Below are positions 28,728 to 38,826 of a stretch of 64,000 nucleotides of DNA, one piece after another. Below the pieces are notes generated by a model, which saw only the letters and a list, made by a program, of their open reading frames with translations, had not been told where the DNA came from and made no database searches. Position 1 is the stretch's first letter. Each line of letters starts with the position of its first letter. The DNA is from a virus. Where the stretch lies: positions 31,002 through 95,001 of IMG/VR virus record IMGVR_UViG_3300035698_017588; one strand, written 5' to 3'. A program made the position numbers and the translations under genes.

Positions 28728-29240
28728 ATGTTGGGAAAAATAGTCCTGCCAGTCGAATTTTGTAATCGCAATATCTTAAAAAGCGAAAGACTGGCAAGAA
28801 TCACCACCAATATGGCTCAGCACGGGTATACTGAGATTGTCGAAAAGCTCCGTGGGCACAGAAACCCATTGTATGGTCTTTTGCGACAGTGTCAACTTGT
28901 CGGTGGGACCTATCAAAAGATATTCTCATCGAACGAAGTGGTCTTCCACCCCGTTCATCCGTTTCTTTATTCGAAACGAGAACAATTAATAATTTTGAGA
29001 CTTTTCGAAGGGGACATAACAGAATACCTCATTAGCACGATGGTCAATGTTCCAGACCACAAAGCCCAACGACGCAAAACCGTGGGCGACAAGCAATTGT
29101 ACTGGGGAGTGGCAAGCAAATTATCAGAACTAGATGAACTCTTGTTTGGTCAAACACCCCAAGAGATATTGTTACCTGGCGATGTTGCTAACGTTTTTGG
29201 GCTTGAAGTGCTCAGTAGCCTCAAGACGCCTTTCCTGTAG
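28728..29240 (+). CDS. Hypothetical protein
   Basis: 170-aa ORF. Confidence 0.6.
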   Translation: MLGKIVLPVEFCNRNILKSERLARITTNMAQHGYTEIVEKLRGHRNPLYGLLRQCQLVGGTYQKIFSSNEVVFHPVHPFLYSKREQLIILRLFEGDITEYLISTMVNVPDHKAQRRKTVGDKQLYWGVASKLSELDELLFGQTPQEILLPGDVANVFGLEVLSSLKTPFL

Positions 29241-30618
29241 CTCGCTCGAACATTCGACGAACTATTGCGGCCTCAGGGATTTTTGCTTCTTCATAACGCT
29301 GAAGAACGTAATCAGCCATTGCTACAGGATCTTGACCTGAAGCTTTAGCCGCACGAGCAGCAGACATCATCTTTCGATAGATCATCGCACCAGTCGAGAC
29401 AGGCTTTTCCTTTTCCTGTTCAGGAGCCGGTGGTACCGGTGGTGCTTCAACAGGTTGTTCGAGATTCACCATTGGATTTTCCGGTATCAATGTTGGAGGT
29501 AATTGTGTCACCTGAGGCATAGGTACTTCCCTCTGATCTGATGGGCGACCTGGATTCTGAGATATCTCATCAAATCCATCTTGTACAGGCGGAGCACCGC
29601 TCATAGGTCGTACGGCTCCAGAACCCGGTGGTTTTGGCTCTGTTCTCCACCTTTCTGGTTTAGGTGATTGGGTCTTTTGTGCTGGCGGCTTCTTGGTTGG
29701 CATCTTGAATTTATCAGAACCCAATAATTTCGAAGCTTTGGCCAGGATTTCTGCGTTGCCTGATTCTTCACGACTTTTCCAGGCTTTCATCATGAATTTG
29801 CGATCAATTCCAGCTGTTTGTAGCTTGTCGTAAGCCCTATCGGTTACGATCTGCAATAGATGGAAAATAGCAGCTTTGGCGAGGTTCTGAGATCTTTTCT
29901 TGTCATATTTCTCACCCGCCATGATTTTGGTCAATTGGGGCGAAGCGAAGAAACTGGACATTTTGGAGACTACGTCGGTGAACATATTCTCTAGTAGAAT
30001 TTCTTCGGAGATCATGTCCCGATCGTCTTGCTTCGATTCCTTGGGCCACTCTGAAAGGCCACCGGAAGGCTTTCCCTTTGAGTCTGTTTTCTTGGTTTCT
30101 CCGGAGCCGGGCGGACCTTTTACAGCACCACCGGAGCTACGGGAGAGCCTTTCTTGGGTTTCGAGAGCCTTAGTAAGACGTTCGTTGAGCTTGTTGAACC
30201 GTGCGGAGATCATCTTCTGCATTTTCAGAAGGTCTTCGGGGGTGGTTTTACCGCTTGATGCACGTTTTCCGAAAGTTCCTAGCATTTTCTGTAGTGCTGG
30301 GTCTTTTTGGGCCAGGGGTGTATTGGTGTACTTCTTGATGGCGTCTAGAGCGTTGGCTCGGGGTTGACTTGCGGCTGCTTGGACGTTAGAATGGACTTTT
30401 TTGATGTCAGCCCATTTTGCTCCCGTTGCCTTTCGTACTTCCCCCCACCATTCCCGGTTGTTTACGAAATCGCTCGGAGCACCTCTGATTATACGAGTTA
30501 GGTCGCTCTTGTAAGAATCTGGTAAGAGAATGGCTGCAATCGGTGCGAATGCAGGCGGCGTCGGAAGTTCCGCAGCACTCGTGACAGCACTGAGGGCTTT
30601 GCTGAAAATGTTTGGCAT
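29221..30618 (-). CDS. Hypothetical Lys/Pro-rich protein (possible internal virion protein)
   Basis: 465 aa, GAGG RBS, helical blocks separated by low-complexity linkers. Confidence 0.65.
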   Translation of the reverse strand: MPNIFSKALSAVTSAAELPTPPAFAPIAAILLPDSYKSDLTRIIRGAPSDFVNNREWWGEVRKATGAKWADIKKVHSNVQAAASQPRANALDAIKKYTNTPLAQKDPALQKMLGTFGKRASSGKTTPEDLLKMQKMISARFNKLNERLTKALETQERLSRSSGGAVKGPPGSGETKKTDSKGKPSGGLSEWPKESKQDDRDMISEEILLENMFTDVVSKMSSFFASPQLTKIMAGEKYDKKRSQNLAKAAIFHLLQIVTDRAYDKLQTAGIDRKFMMKAWKSREESGNAEILAKASKLLGSDKFKMPTKKPPAQKTQSPKPERWRTEPKPPGSGAVRPMSGAPPVQDGFDEISQNPGRPSDQREVPMPQVTQLPPTLIPENPMVNLEQPVEAPPVPPAPEQEKEKPVSTGAMIYRKMMSAARAAKASGQDPVAMADYVLQRYEEAKIPEAAIVRRMFERATGKAS

Positions 30619-30668
30619 TGTTGACCTCTATAATAATTACTAATGTATTTTTCTACTGGAGGTAACTC

Positions 30669-31334
30669 ATGGTTAAGAATCTTGGCGGTCGAATTGAACT
30701 GGAAGTTGGTAAGAAGGTTCGATTCCTAGATATTCATGGTTGTGTCAGCCCTGATATTTATGAATTCGACACCCCGCACACTGATTACAGAGCAAGGGCA
30801 TCACTAAAGAATGGAGACTGTGTTGTTCAAACGCACTACGATCGCATTCTACCCCTTGAATCGGGAGGAAAAGCAATCGCAGTGTTGGGCGAAAAGGACA
30901 TAACCATTACTTGTCCGAGTTGCCGCAAAGTCGTGACCGCCGAGTCCGGTCAAACCCATTTCACTTGTTGTTCGACATTAGAGGTATTTTTCATGTCAGA
31001 CGCTGTAAACGAAGTCCAAAAGCAGGAAGAGCAAAAGTTCGACCTTGAATCACTCAAGGCTAACTACGAAGTATGGACCAAGGATGGTCAATTCAGCGAG
31101 AACATCGGCTTGACGACAGTCCAGCTGGTCCTTCTCCAAGGCGAAACTCCGCGAAAGATGAGTTTCAATCTCTACGACGGCAAATTATCCACCAGCGGCA
31201 AACAAGTCGATCTTCGCCTCGAAGAATTCAACAAGGGCGAAGTCAACGAGGGCAAGAAAAAATTCTGGTACGACGTGGATTCCACCAAGTACCAAAAAGC
31301 CCTGACGTCCAAGGGATATGAAAAGCTTGCCTAA
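30669..31334 (+). CDS. Hypothetical protein with zinc-ribbon motif
   Basis: GGAGG RBS; CPSC..CC. Confidence 0.65.
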   Translation: MVKNLGGRIELEVGKKVRFLDIHGCVSPDIYEFDTPHTDYRARASLKNGDCVVQTHYDRILPLESGGKAIAVLGEKDITITCPSCRKVVTAESGQTHFTCCSTLEVFFMSDAVNEVQKQEEQKFDLESLKANYEVWTKDGQFSENIGLTTVQLVLLQGETPRKMSFNLYDGKLSTSGKQVDLRLEEFNKGEVNEGKKKFWYDVDSTKYQKALTSKGYEKLA

Positions 31335-31392
31335 GTTACCAAATCGACACAAAGATAGGACGCCCCTTTTACTACTAACGGAGTAACAGTCG

Positions 31393-31581
31393 ATGCTAGT
31401 GCTAAGTCGCAAGAAGAATGAAGAGATCATTATCGGGGAAGGTGAGAACCAAGTCCGACTAATGATCGTGGAGATAAGGGGTGACAAAGTTCGCCTCGGA
31501 ATCGACGCAGATCGAAGCGTACCAGTACACCGTAAAGAAGTGTACGACGCCATCGAACGAGAGAAAAACGGCGGAAAATAA
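31393..31581 (+). CDS. csrA: Carbon storage regulator (translational regulator)
   Basis: MLVLSRKKNEEIIIG..VEIRGDKVRLGIDA..VPVHRKEVYDAI. Confidence 0.95.
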   Translation: MLVLSRKKNEEIIIGEGENQVRLMIVEIRGDKVRLGIDADRSVPVHRKEVYDAIEREKNGGK

Positions 31582-31605
31582 CCGCCGAAACATTCTGTTA
31601 ATCAC

Positions 31606-31640
31606 AAGCCACTCGGGTTATGTAACCCGAGTGGCTTTTT
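31606..31640 (+). terminator. Rho-independent terminator after csrA
   Basis: aagccactcgggtta-tg-taacccgagtggctt perfect inverted repeat ending in a T run. Confidence 0.85.
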
Positions 31641-31663
31641 AATATATTAACAGGAGTAGAAAA

Positions 31664-33829
31664 ATGAAAGTATTAGTCACAGGTGGAACCGGATTCCTAG
31701 GCAGACACCTACAAGCCCGACTAACACTACACGGCAACGCACAATTCTGCTACGCCAATAGCATGGACTGCGACCTACGAAATCAAGCAGCAGTCAACGC
31801 CTTCTTCCTCGAACACAAATTCACCCACGTAATCCACCTAGCAGCAAGTGTTGGGGGAATCGGGGCCAACAAACAAAACCCAGGCAAATACTGTTACGAA
31901 AACCTCATCATGGGCTGCAACGTAATCGAAGCAGCCCGACTCGCAGGCATACGCAAGCTAATCTGTGTTGGAACAGTTTGTTTTCCAAAAGGAACGATGA
32001 TCAACACAAATAGTGGTTGGAAATGTATATCTAATATTAATGAATTTGATGATGTTGTTACTCACACTGGTAAATTAAAACCAGTAACACAAACAATGTG
32101 TCGAGATTATGACGGCCCAATACAACACATTAAAATCAATGGAATACTCGATATTAAATCGACACCAAAGCATCCTTTCTTAACAGAGAGGGGTTGGATC
32201 GAAGCTGTAGAATTACGCCAAGATGATAGAATTTTGGTGCCGATAACTCATAATTATAAAGACCAAAGACTCCAGGTTTTACAAGGCCGAGACTTGTTAA
32301 GATGGGTATATCACCACGAACCGATAAACAAAGTGGAATTCGCACAAAAAGGTGGGACAAATAATCAATGGCGTGATTGGAAACGACATACACCAAAATG
32401 TGCTAGAATCACATCACCATTTATCACCACAAACGATATAGCATGGTTATTCGGAACATATGCTGCCGAAGGATTTAGATGCAAAAATGATACTGGTAAA
32501 AGAGGTTCAAAACATTATTTATATTGGGCGACAAACCATGAAGAACGAAGATTTAGATTAGAAATAAATTCAGAATATTACAAATTGTTTGGAAAAACAA
32601 TGTCAGAAGTCGTGAGAGAGACCGCTACTAATCTGGAAGTAGGAGACAAATATACAATCGATTTGTTTGATGATTTTTACTATGATGGTGGAACAACGGC
32701 GGAATTTAAAAAAGTCCCTGATTCAATAGCAGATTCATCAGATTCCACAATAAAGCTTTTTATTAAGGGATATTGGAAAGGAGATGGCCATTGGGCAGAA
32801 AGAGCTAAAAGGCCCGGACAATACATTGCTACTTGTAATTCTACATCCCTTAGAATGATTTTAGATATTCAAAAACTTTTGCTAAAGTTAGGCATATTTA
32901 GTACAGTCCATCCTCGGAAAAAACAAGGGAAAATAATTATTCAAGGTAGAGAAGTGGAAACAAAAGACTCTTGGTCTATTAGAATAACTGGTAAGTGGGC
33001 TATAATATTTATTGAAACTGTCTTAAACGAAAAACTCGACAGAAAAAATTGGATTAACAGAAAAAATGATGCTATAATCAATTATAACCATGCGTCATTA
33101 GGAATGTCTAAAAACACTCAAGAAGATTTCGTAGGTGTGGTTTATAATATATCTATCAGAGACGACGAATCTTATATTGTACAAAATGTGGCTGTACATA
33201 ATTGCAGTTATCCCAAGCATTGCGAAATACCCTTCGTCGAAGAAGACCTCTGGAAAGGCTACCCAGAGGAAACAAACGCCCCATACGGTATCGCTAAAAA
33301 AGCCATACTAGAAATGCTCAAGGGCTACCATACTCAGTACGGCATGGACTACACCTATCTAATACCCGTCAACATGTACGGCGAATTCGACAACTTCGAC
33401 CCAAAAAGCAGCCACGTCATACCCGCACTAGTAGACAAGATTATCGCGGCGAAACGCAAAGGTTCAAACACAATCGAAGTATGGGGCACCGGGAAAGCCA
33501 CCCGTGAATTCGTCCACGCCTCCGACGTAGCAAACGCTATCGTAAAAGCTTTATACATCGAAACAGACGTGGAGCCACTAAACGTGGGCTCCGGAGAAGA
33601 GATCTCAATTGCAGATCTCGTCGACAAAATCGCCATAGCAGCAGAATGGTCTGGCAAAATGGAATGGTTATCCGATAAACCAGATGGTCAACCACGACGA
33701 CTCATAAGCTCAGAAAAAGCTTACCGAATCCTGGATTATCAGCCAGAAATAACCCTAGATGAAGGGCTCAAAAGATTAGTAGCCTGGAGAGAAGCTACTT
33801 GCTTACCAGAGAATAGCCCCGTTCAGTAA
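31664..33829 (+). CDS. fcl: GDP-L-fucose synthase with intein
   Basis: VTGGTGFLG, HLAASVGGIGAN, EETNAPYGIAK, PVNMYG, SSHVIPAL, WGTGKATREF, KPDGQPRR. Confidence 0.93.
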   Translation: MKVLVTGGTGFLGRHLQARLTLHGNAQFCYANSMDCDLRNQAAVNAFFLEHKFTHVIHLAASVGGIGANKQNPGKYCYENLIMGCNVIEAARLAGIRKLICVGTVCFPKGTMINTNSGWKCISNINEFDDVVTHTGKLKPVTQTMCRDYDGPIQHIKINGILDIKSTPKHPFLTERGWIEAVELRQDDRILVPITHNYKDQRLQVLQGRDLLRWVYHHEPINKVEFAQKGGTNNQWRDWKRHTPKCARITSPFITTNDIAWLFGTYAAEGFRCKNDTGKRGSKHYLYWATNHEERRFRLEINSEYYKLFGKTMSEVVRETATNLEVGDKYTIDLFDDFYYDGGTTAEFKKVPDSIADSSDSTIKLFIKGYWKGDGHWAERAKRPGQYIATCNSTSLRMILDIQKLLLKLGIFSTVHPRKKQGKIIIQGREVETKDSWSIRITGKWAIIFIETVLNEKLDRKNWINRKNDAIINYNHASLGMSKNTQEDFVGVVYNISIRDDESYIVQNVAVHNCSYPKHCEIPFVEEDLWKGYPEETNAPYGIAKKAILEMLKGYHTQYGMDYTYLIPVNMYGEFDNFDPKSSHVIPALVDKIIAAKRKGSNTIEVWGTGKATREFVHASDVANAIVKALYIETDVEPLNVGSGEEISIADLVDKIAIAAEWSGKMEWLSDKPDGQPRRLISSEKAYRILDYQPEITLDEGLKRLVAWREATCLPENSPVQ
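31979..33202 (+). mobile_element. Intein (408 aa) with LAGLIDADG endonuclease in GDP-fucose synthase
   Basis: Starts CFPKGT, block B TPKHPF, FGTYAAEG and FIKGYWKGDG, ends VYNISIRDDESYIVQNVAVHN|C; removal restores VGTVCSYP. Confidence 0.93.
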
Positions 33830-34418
33830 ACCAATCGCCGAACGAATCTTCGATTCTTTTGATCAGTTTATCACAGACAACGCCCTTGAAGGCCATGTGC
33901 TTACCATTAGTAACATGGCCTTCATGATATAACTCTTCTTTGTTATAAGGCTTGCCATCACTGGCAGGCTTCTTATCAGCACTAAGCTCTGCCATGACTT
34001 TATCAATGTCAACAGTTACTCCAAGCTGTGCTGCGATATCCTCTACGATCTTTCGAGGATTTAGCAAGAAATCCTCATATCTCATAATATAATGAGCAGC
34101 TTTATCGAAGAATTGAGACTCAGTCGCGAGGCCACGAGCAACGTCCATCGTTGGCTCCATACCCCACATTCTCTTTCTGCTGGCCAATACGTCGCGAATA
34201 TCGCGATAAGAATAGAAAATGTAAGTCGCTTCGGACAATAACCGATGATCTATACCATGGGCTTTGATGAGATTTACTTTCCGACGTTCTTTGATGTCGT
34301 CATGCCAACCACATAGGAAATCTTCTGGCTCAGTAAATTGAGACAGAATGTGACGAAGAGCGTTATAAAGCCAGGTGCTTCCCGACCGAGGCATTCCATT
34401 AGTCAGTACGACTTGCAT
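33795..34418 (-). CDS. Sulfotransferase
   Basis: GMPRSGSTWL (5'-PSB loop), YRDIRDVLAS (3'-PB), RYEDF. Confidence 0.85.
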   Translation of the reverse strand: MQVVLTNGMPRSGSTWLYNALRHILSQFTEPEDFLCGWHDDIKERRKVNLIKAHGIDHRLLSEATYIFYSYRDIRDVLASRKRMWGMEPTMDVARGLATESQFFDKAAHYIMRYEDFLLNPRKIVEDIAAQLGVTVDIDKVMAELSADKKPASDGKPYNKEELYHEGHVTNGKHMAFKGVVCDKLIKRIEDSFGDWFTERGYSLVSK

Positions 34419-35008
34419 TATCGATAAAACCAGATGTCGAATTGCTTGATATAGGATTTGTAACCGTTCTTGGTAAACAGTTCGGTAAGTTCATCAGAAC
34501 GTTTTGTGTTGCCACGAGTGTGATCATTATGCTCGATCGTCCACCTTTCGACGTCCCATTTATGAAATGGAAAGACATTGAGGATTTCCATCTCATTGCC
34601 TTCAGTGTCGACCGAAATGTAGTCGATTTTCTGAGGACAATTGTGTTTGGTCAACAAATCATCAAGAGTGATCGTCTCGACTTCGATAATTGGACCTGGG
34701 AAATTGGTGGCATCTGCATGACTCAGATGCTCGACCATCCCACCATAAAGATCACTGCATTGAAATTGGACTTTTTCGCCCGACTTTCCATGAACAGCAA
34801 GATTCGATACATCACATTGACGACACTTGCTCAACTTATCGAACAGTTCCGGCTGAGGCTCTACACAAAGGCCCTTCCAACCGTTTTCTTCGAGCCTGAC
34901 GGTGTTCGAAAACGTAAGGCCGTCGTGAGCCCCGACTTCGACGAAGAAGCCTTTCTTGATGCTCTTGAATACCCAGTCGTCTTGACCAAGCTGGCTGTAT
35001 TTTGGCAT
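34418..35008 (-). CDS. FkbM-family methyltransferase
   Basis: YSQLGQD, FVEVGAHDG..SNT, GLCVEP, IDYISVDTEG; start placed at ATG 35008. Confidence 0.88.
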   Translation of the reverse strand: MPKYSQLGQDDWVFKSIKKGFFVEVGAHDGLTFSNTVRLEENGWKGLCVEPQPELFDKLSKCRQCDVSNLAVHGKSGEKVQFQCSDLYGGMVEHLSHADATNFPGPIIEVETITLDDLLTKHNCPQKIDYISVDTEGNEMEILNVFPFHKWDVERWTIEHNDHTRGNTKRSDELTELFTKNGYKSYIKQFDIWFYR

Positions 35009-35009
35009 A

Positions 35010-35624
35010 TTATAACTCAAGTGGTGGCGAAGCTTTGATTTTACGCGATGGAGCAACATCCGGACGAATATGATGACCGATGACAAGGCTCGTGGTGTTC
35101 GAATCAGCATGGACAACGGTATTATACTCAGCCGGAAGCATATGAAGTGTCGGACGGTCACGCGGGCCTGAATTGCGATAGAGATTCAACAACGTAATCT
35201 CATCTGGTTCATTTGCTTTCGTAGCTTTAAGCCATCGTTCTACAAAACGAATAGCTTTGGGTCTGAAATACAAAGTACCACTCAGCCAATGCCCGCCTTT
35301 GGAAGCATGGATCGCCATTTCAGCAGTGCCCATGTTTTCGAAAATCTCTGGGTGCTGGTAAATCTCTGCGTCCGCGTCGACCCAAAGAATCGGTGCTTGA
35401 TACAAACGAAGAGCATGCAAGATTACGGTCGGCTTGAGAGAACACCCCGCAGTCCAATCAGTGACTGGGTTGAGTGGATAAACCGCATGTGGTAGATCGA
35501 ACTTGATGCACGATTTGGTGAAACGGGCTGTGGCTCGTTTATAATAATCACCCAAATGACTATGGACCGTATAAGCAGTAACGATCGTAGGGAAATGTGG
35601 GCGATGTAGGATGTCTTTCAGCAT
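35010..35624 (-). CDS. Putative nucleotide-diphospho-sugar transferase
   Basis: KPTVI..ILWVDADA (DxD), SGTLYF, LPAEY. Confidence 0.7.
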   Translation of the reverse strand: MLKDILHRPHFPTIVTAYTVHSHLGDYYKRATARFTKSCIKFDLPHAVYPLNPVTDWTAGCSLKPTVILHALRLYQAPILWVDADAEIYQHPEIFENMGTAEMAIHASKGGHWLSGTLYFRPKAIRFVERWLKATKANEPDEITLLNLYRNSGPRDRPTLHMLPAEYNTVVHADSNTTSLVIGHHIRPDVAPSRKIKASPPLEL

Positions 35625-36262
35625 AATCTCTCTTCAATAGGAAGTTTGGACCTTGTGTGCCATGTATTGGCGTCCTGTGAACCCACCTTGATATAATGAG
35701 CATCATGCTCATCGATCTCTCGTTTCTTCAAAGCCCAATTCTTGTGTTCGAAGACGGGAGAATTATCCCATTTGTCGATCAACAAATTAAGTTCACGCAG
35801 ATTATGCATCAATTCAGTATCTGAATATTGATGAATGTAGCTTGTGTGATAGATGATTCGATTAAGACGTTTCAAGCAACTCATCGTCATGATGGGAATT
35901 GTCATCGAATCTTGCTTGATATACCCATCATGCACATGAACAGCGGCCACTTTACCGGCCAAGACTTTTTTGACCCATCGGTCCCAATGCAAAGGAGCAT
36001 AGAAATCGTCGGAAGCGAGGATGATAATATCATCATCTTCTGCTTCGACCGCATCTGTCAACATCTTGCAGGCATGGGTTACGCCTTTAACGTTCCCCGA
36101 CACAAGAACTTCAGCACCAGGAATATGGATTGCATCCTTCTGTTCTTGTGTGTTAACAGCCACCAGCAATCTGAAATTCTTATCATCGGCATTGGCTAGC
36201 CAATGATGATAAGTTGCAGACATCATGGTTGGGCGAATGGTTGGCCAAAGCAAATGAATCAT
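35618..36262 (-). CDS. GT-A fold glycosyltransferase
   Basis: PTIRP start, IILASDDF, YSDTE. Confidence 0.7.
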   Translation of the reverse strand: MIHLLWPTIRPTMMSATYHHWLANADDKNFRLLVAVNTQEQKDAIHIPGAEVLVSGNVKGVTHACKMLTDAVEAEDDDIIILASDDFYAPLHWDRWVKKVLAGKVAAVHVHDGYIKQDSMTIPIMTMSCLKRLNRIIYHTSYIHQYSDTELMHNLRELNLLIDKWDNSPVFEHKNWALKKREIDEHDAHYIKVGSQDANTWHTRSKLPIEERLC

Positions 36263-36337
36263 AATATACCACGCAACAGAATTAGTCTATCAACAATATT
36301 TACCAACCAAAGACTACATTCTAAATTCGCCGAAACC

Positions 36338-37711
36338 CTACTCAGGCTCTGCAGTGCCCGGAACGATCATGGTTTTAGTAGCTGGGAACCGGCCATGCCA
36401 GCAAGCAAGAACCTCACGCATCCGAGCAGCATACGTATAATGAGCCCCAAGACCGGTACGAAGCTCACATTGGTAGAGGAATTTGTCGGCGGTTGTAATG
36501 TGCTCGTAAGCACATTGAGCACCAAGTGGGAGATAATACACATAAGACGGATCGCCCTTCTGGGCCATCTTTAAAGCACGTGCCACCAACCTCTCGCCAC
36601 ACTCTCGAAGACCGTCGAGGTCTTTCGCCGCATCGGGGTTGCTCAGACTCAGCTTACTGACCTGATCATCCGCGAAGTAACAACCAACCGGGGTCAAATC
36701 GAAAGTCTTTGTACCGGTTCTATGACGATTCAAATCACGGAGTTCTGCAATAGTCAAGGCTGCCCATCCAAATCGAACAGCAGTTCGACGAATTGTAGGA
36801 CCAAAATAATCATACCTACCATTATGATCTTCGAGATCACCGACTATAGCCGCTTGTAGATCATTTTCTTTCATTTTGGGCGGAGTAATCTCGCAATAAG
36901 CACCAGCACTATGCAGCTTTGAAACAGAAAGCGGGGTCTGCTCATACGCAGTCTTACGAACTGTCTCAAGCTCTTTCGTAAGTCCGGAACTGAATGATTC
37001 ATCGGGGCGAGCGTGACGAGTCAATCGAGGGGTAGCAAGACCGAGATTCTCAGTCATCAACTCAGCAAGTTCGACGGATTCAGCGTTGTAATCGGACCAA
37101 AGCATCTTGATCAGATCTACCCAGCCACGAGCACTCATTTCGAGCATGACGTTAGTCTGGCAACTCATTGGTAGGAAATATCGAGCCCTATCAAAGGCGA
37201 AATTCCGCCGCATTCGAGGAAGAGCTTTATCTCCCTTTTCCATTCCATCTGGGAGATTCATGATGCTTGGGTCAACTTCCGCAGCTTCCGACCAGATCTC
37301 ATATGCTGTTTCATACGCTGCAAAGGCTTCTGCCATCAAATCATTGTAATCGGCATCAGCTTTTGGCGGTTTAACGATATTCTCTAGTTTGAGCTTCACG
37401 TACCGAGTCGAAGATTCCTGACCACCAGCTGTCGGACTCCATTGCCACAGACGCAAAGCCATCCAAAGTGATACATCATCAATGAACATGGCAACCGGAG
37501 CCATGTCGGTGATGGACCGGTGTCCATAATCGACCATCTTAAAAATCGAATCAACAGCTTTGTCAGGGTCCATACCCTCGACTTTGGACAGAATGGCTTC
37601 TAGACCCTCATTATTGCGAGAGTACCGAGCCCCGGTAGCTGCGAGCATTTCTGGTGTTAGCTTAACTGTTTGTTGGGCTGTAGAATCAATGCCTACACAA
37701 GTGACTTTCAT
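36338..37711 (-). CDS. thyX: FAD-dependent thymidylate synthase, long duplicated-domain type
   Basis: ARYSR, YGHRSI, QESSTRY, FDRARYFLP, RDLNRHR, ELRT. Confidence 0.8.
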   Translation of the reverse strand: MKVTCVGIDSTAQQTVKLTPEMLAATGARYSRNNEGLEAILSKVEGMDPDKAVDSIFKMVDYGHRSITDMAPVAMFIDDVSLWMALRLWQWSPTAGGQESSTRYVKLKLENIVKPPKADADYNDLMAEAFAAYETAYEIWSEAAEVDPSIMNLPDGMEKGDKALPRMRRNFAFDRARYFLPMSCQTNVMLEMSARGWVDLIKMLWSDYNAESVELAELMTENLGLATPRLTRHARPDESFSSGLTKELETVRKTAYEQTPLSVSKLHSAGAYCEITPPKMKENDLQAAIVGDLEDHNGRYDYFGPTIRRTAVRFGWAALTIAELRDLNRHRTGTKTFDLTPVGCYFADDQVSKLSLSNPDAAKDLDGLRECGERLVARALKMAQKGDPSYVYYLPLGAQCAYEHITTADKFLYQCELRTGLGAHYTYAARMREVLACWHGRFPATKTMIVPGTAEPE

Positions 37712-38107
37712 TTAATCTTGGCTTTGTACAGAGGTTAAAATTTCTGAATCGGGTTCTTGAATCAATTTAACACTTCCGAGATTCAACCAACGTTGTGTAG
37801 GGAGGATCAGCACCGAAAGAATTACTGGAGCACGGGCTTTTGTGACAATTTTACCAGCGGAGTGTTTCCGCACGGCTTGCAGAGATTTAGCCACTTCATC
37901 TGGATTAAAACCGTAGCTTTCGAGACCTTCTGAACCCGATATCAAACCTGTTATGGTACCATATTGTGGATCAGGACCGTAATACGATTGTGCTACAGAA
38001 ACACAAAGCATACAAATGTGTTCGTGCTTCCGGCCATCCAAGAAGGGCTCGTTTTCGAATCTTTTGACTATCACCTCGATTTCAGCATCACAGATTTCGC
38101 AATACAT
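37712..38107 (-). CDS. Hypothetical protein with CxxC pairs
   Basis: 131-aa ORF abutting thyX. Confidence 0.55.
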   Translation of the reverse strand: MYCEICDAEIEVIVKRFENEPFLDGRKHEHICMLCVSVAQSYYGPDPQYGTITGLISGSEGLESYGFNPDEVAKSLQAVRKHSAGKIVTKARAPVILSVLILPTQRWLNLGSVKLIQEPDSEILTSVQSQD

Positions 38108-38157
38108 TCTCTTACTCCAAAAAAGATTTATTACACTTTAACACGGGAAGTCATCTG

Positions 38158-38826
38158 ATGCGTAATCTTGTATTTCTTGTTGCGATTCTAATTAGTGCAA
38201 CATCACACGCCACATCTGGTAGACGATTCGGCCCAGAAGTCTACACCGTAGACGCTCTTGAGATAAATTGGAGATATACTTGGCACGAAGCTTGGGGACC
38301 AAATCTCAACAGAATCAAGGTAGCAAAGATCAGCTTCTGTCAATTAATCTATTGGGACGCAGTTTCACACGACCCTTACGAAAAAGCACCACGGAAAGGC
38401 TGGGCAAGTTGTGGATGGACGATGTATGAGGTCAAAACGGAGACCAAAAACGGCAAGACAGAAAAAATCAGAGAGCTAAAAGACCATCAAACCAAAGTCA
38501 GCTTCCCAAGACGCAATTGGAATGACGGCTATTGGTACGTCACTGTCCGAGACGGGACGCACACAATTAAGGTCAGAACTAAAATTTTAATCGGTGGGAT
38601 CGATGGGACAGACACTCTAATCGATCCGGATTCAGCCGATAGAAATCTACGGCACGAAAAACGCACCAGTCCGATAAGCCTCCACAGAGAAATTATGAAA
38701 GCTCGTCAGGATGTATTGCGGGCACGGCGTGAACGCCATCAGAAGGAGGAAGCTCTGACACCAAATGATCAGGAGTCTGTTCGTCGGCAGGATGATCTTG
38801 ATTCACTGGAGCCGGTTGATCAGTAG
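38158..38826 (+). CDS. Hypothetical protein with signal peptide
   Basis: MRNLVFLVAILISATSHA signal-like N-terminus. Confidence 0.6.
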   Translation: MRNLVFLVAILISATSHATSGRRFGPEVYTVDALEINWRYTWHEAWGPNLNRIKVAKISFCQLIYWDAVSHDPYEKAPRKGWASCGWTMYEVKTETKNGKTEKIRELKDHQTKVSFPRRNWNDGYWYVTVRDGTHTIKVRTKILIGGIDGTDTLIDPDSADRNLRHEKRTSPISLHREIMKARQDVLRARRERHQKEEALTPNDQESVRRQDDLDSLEPVDQ

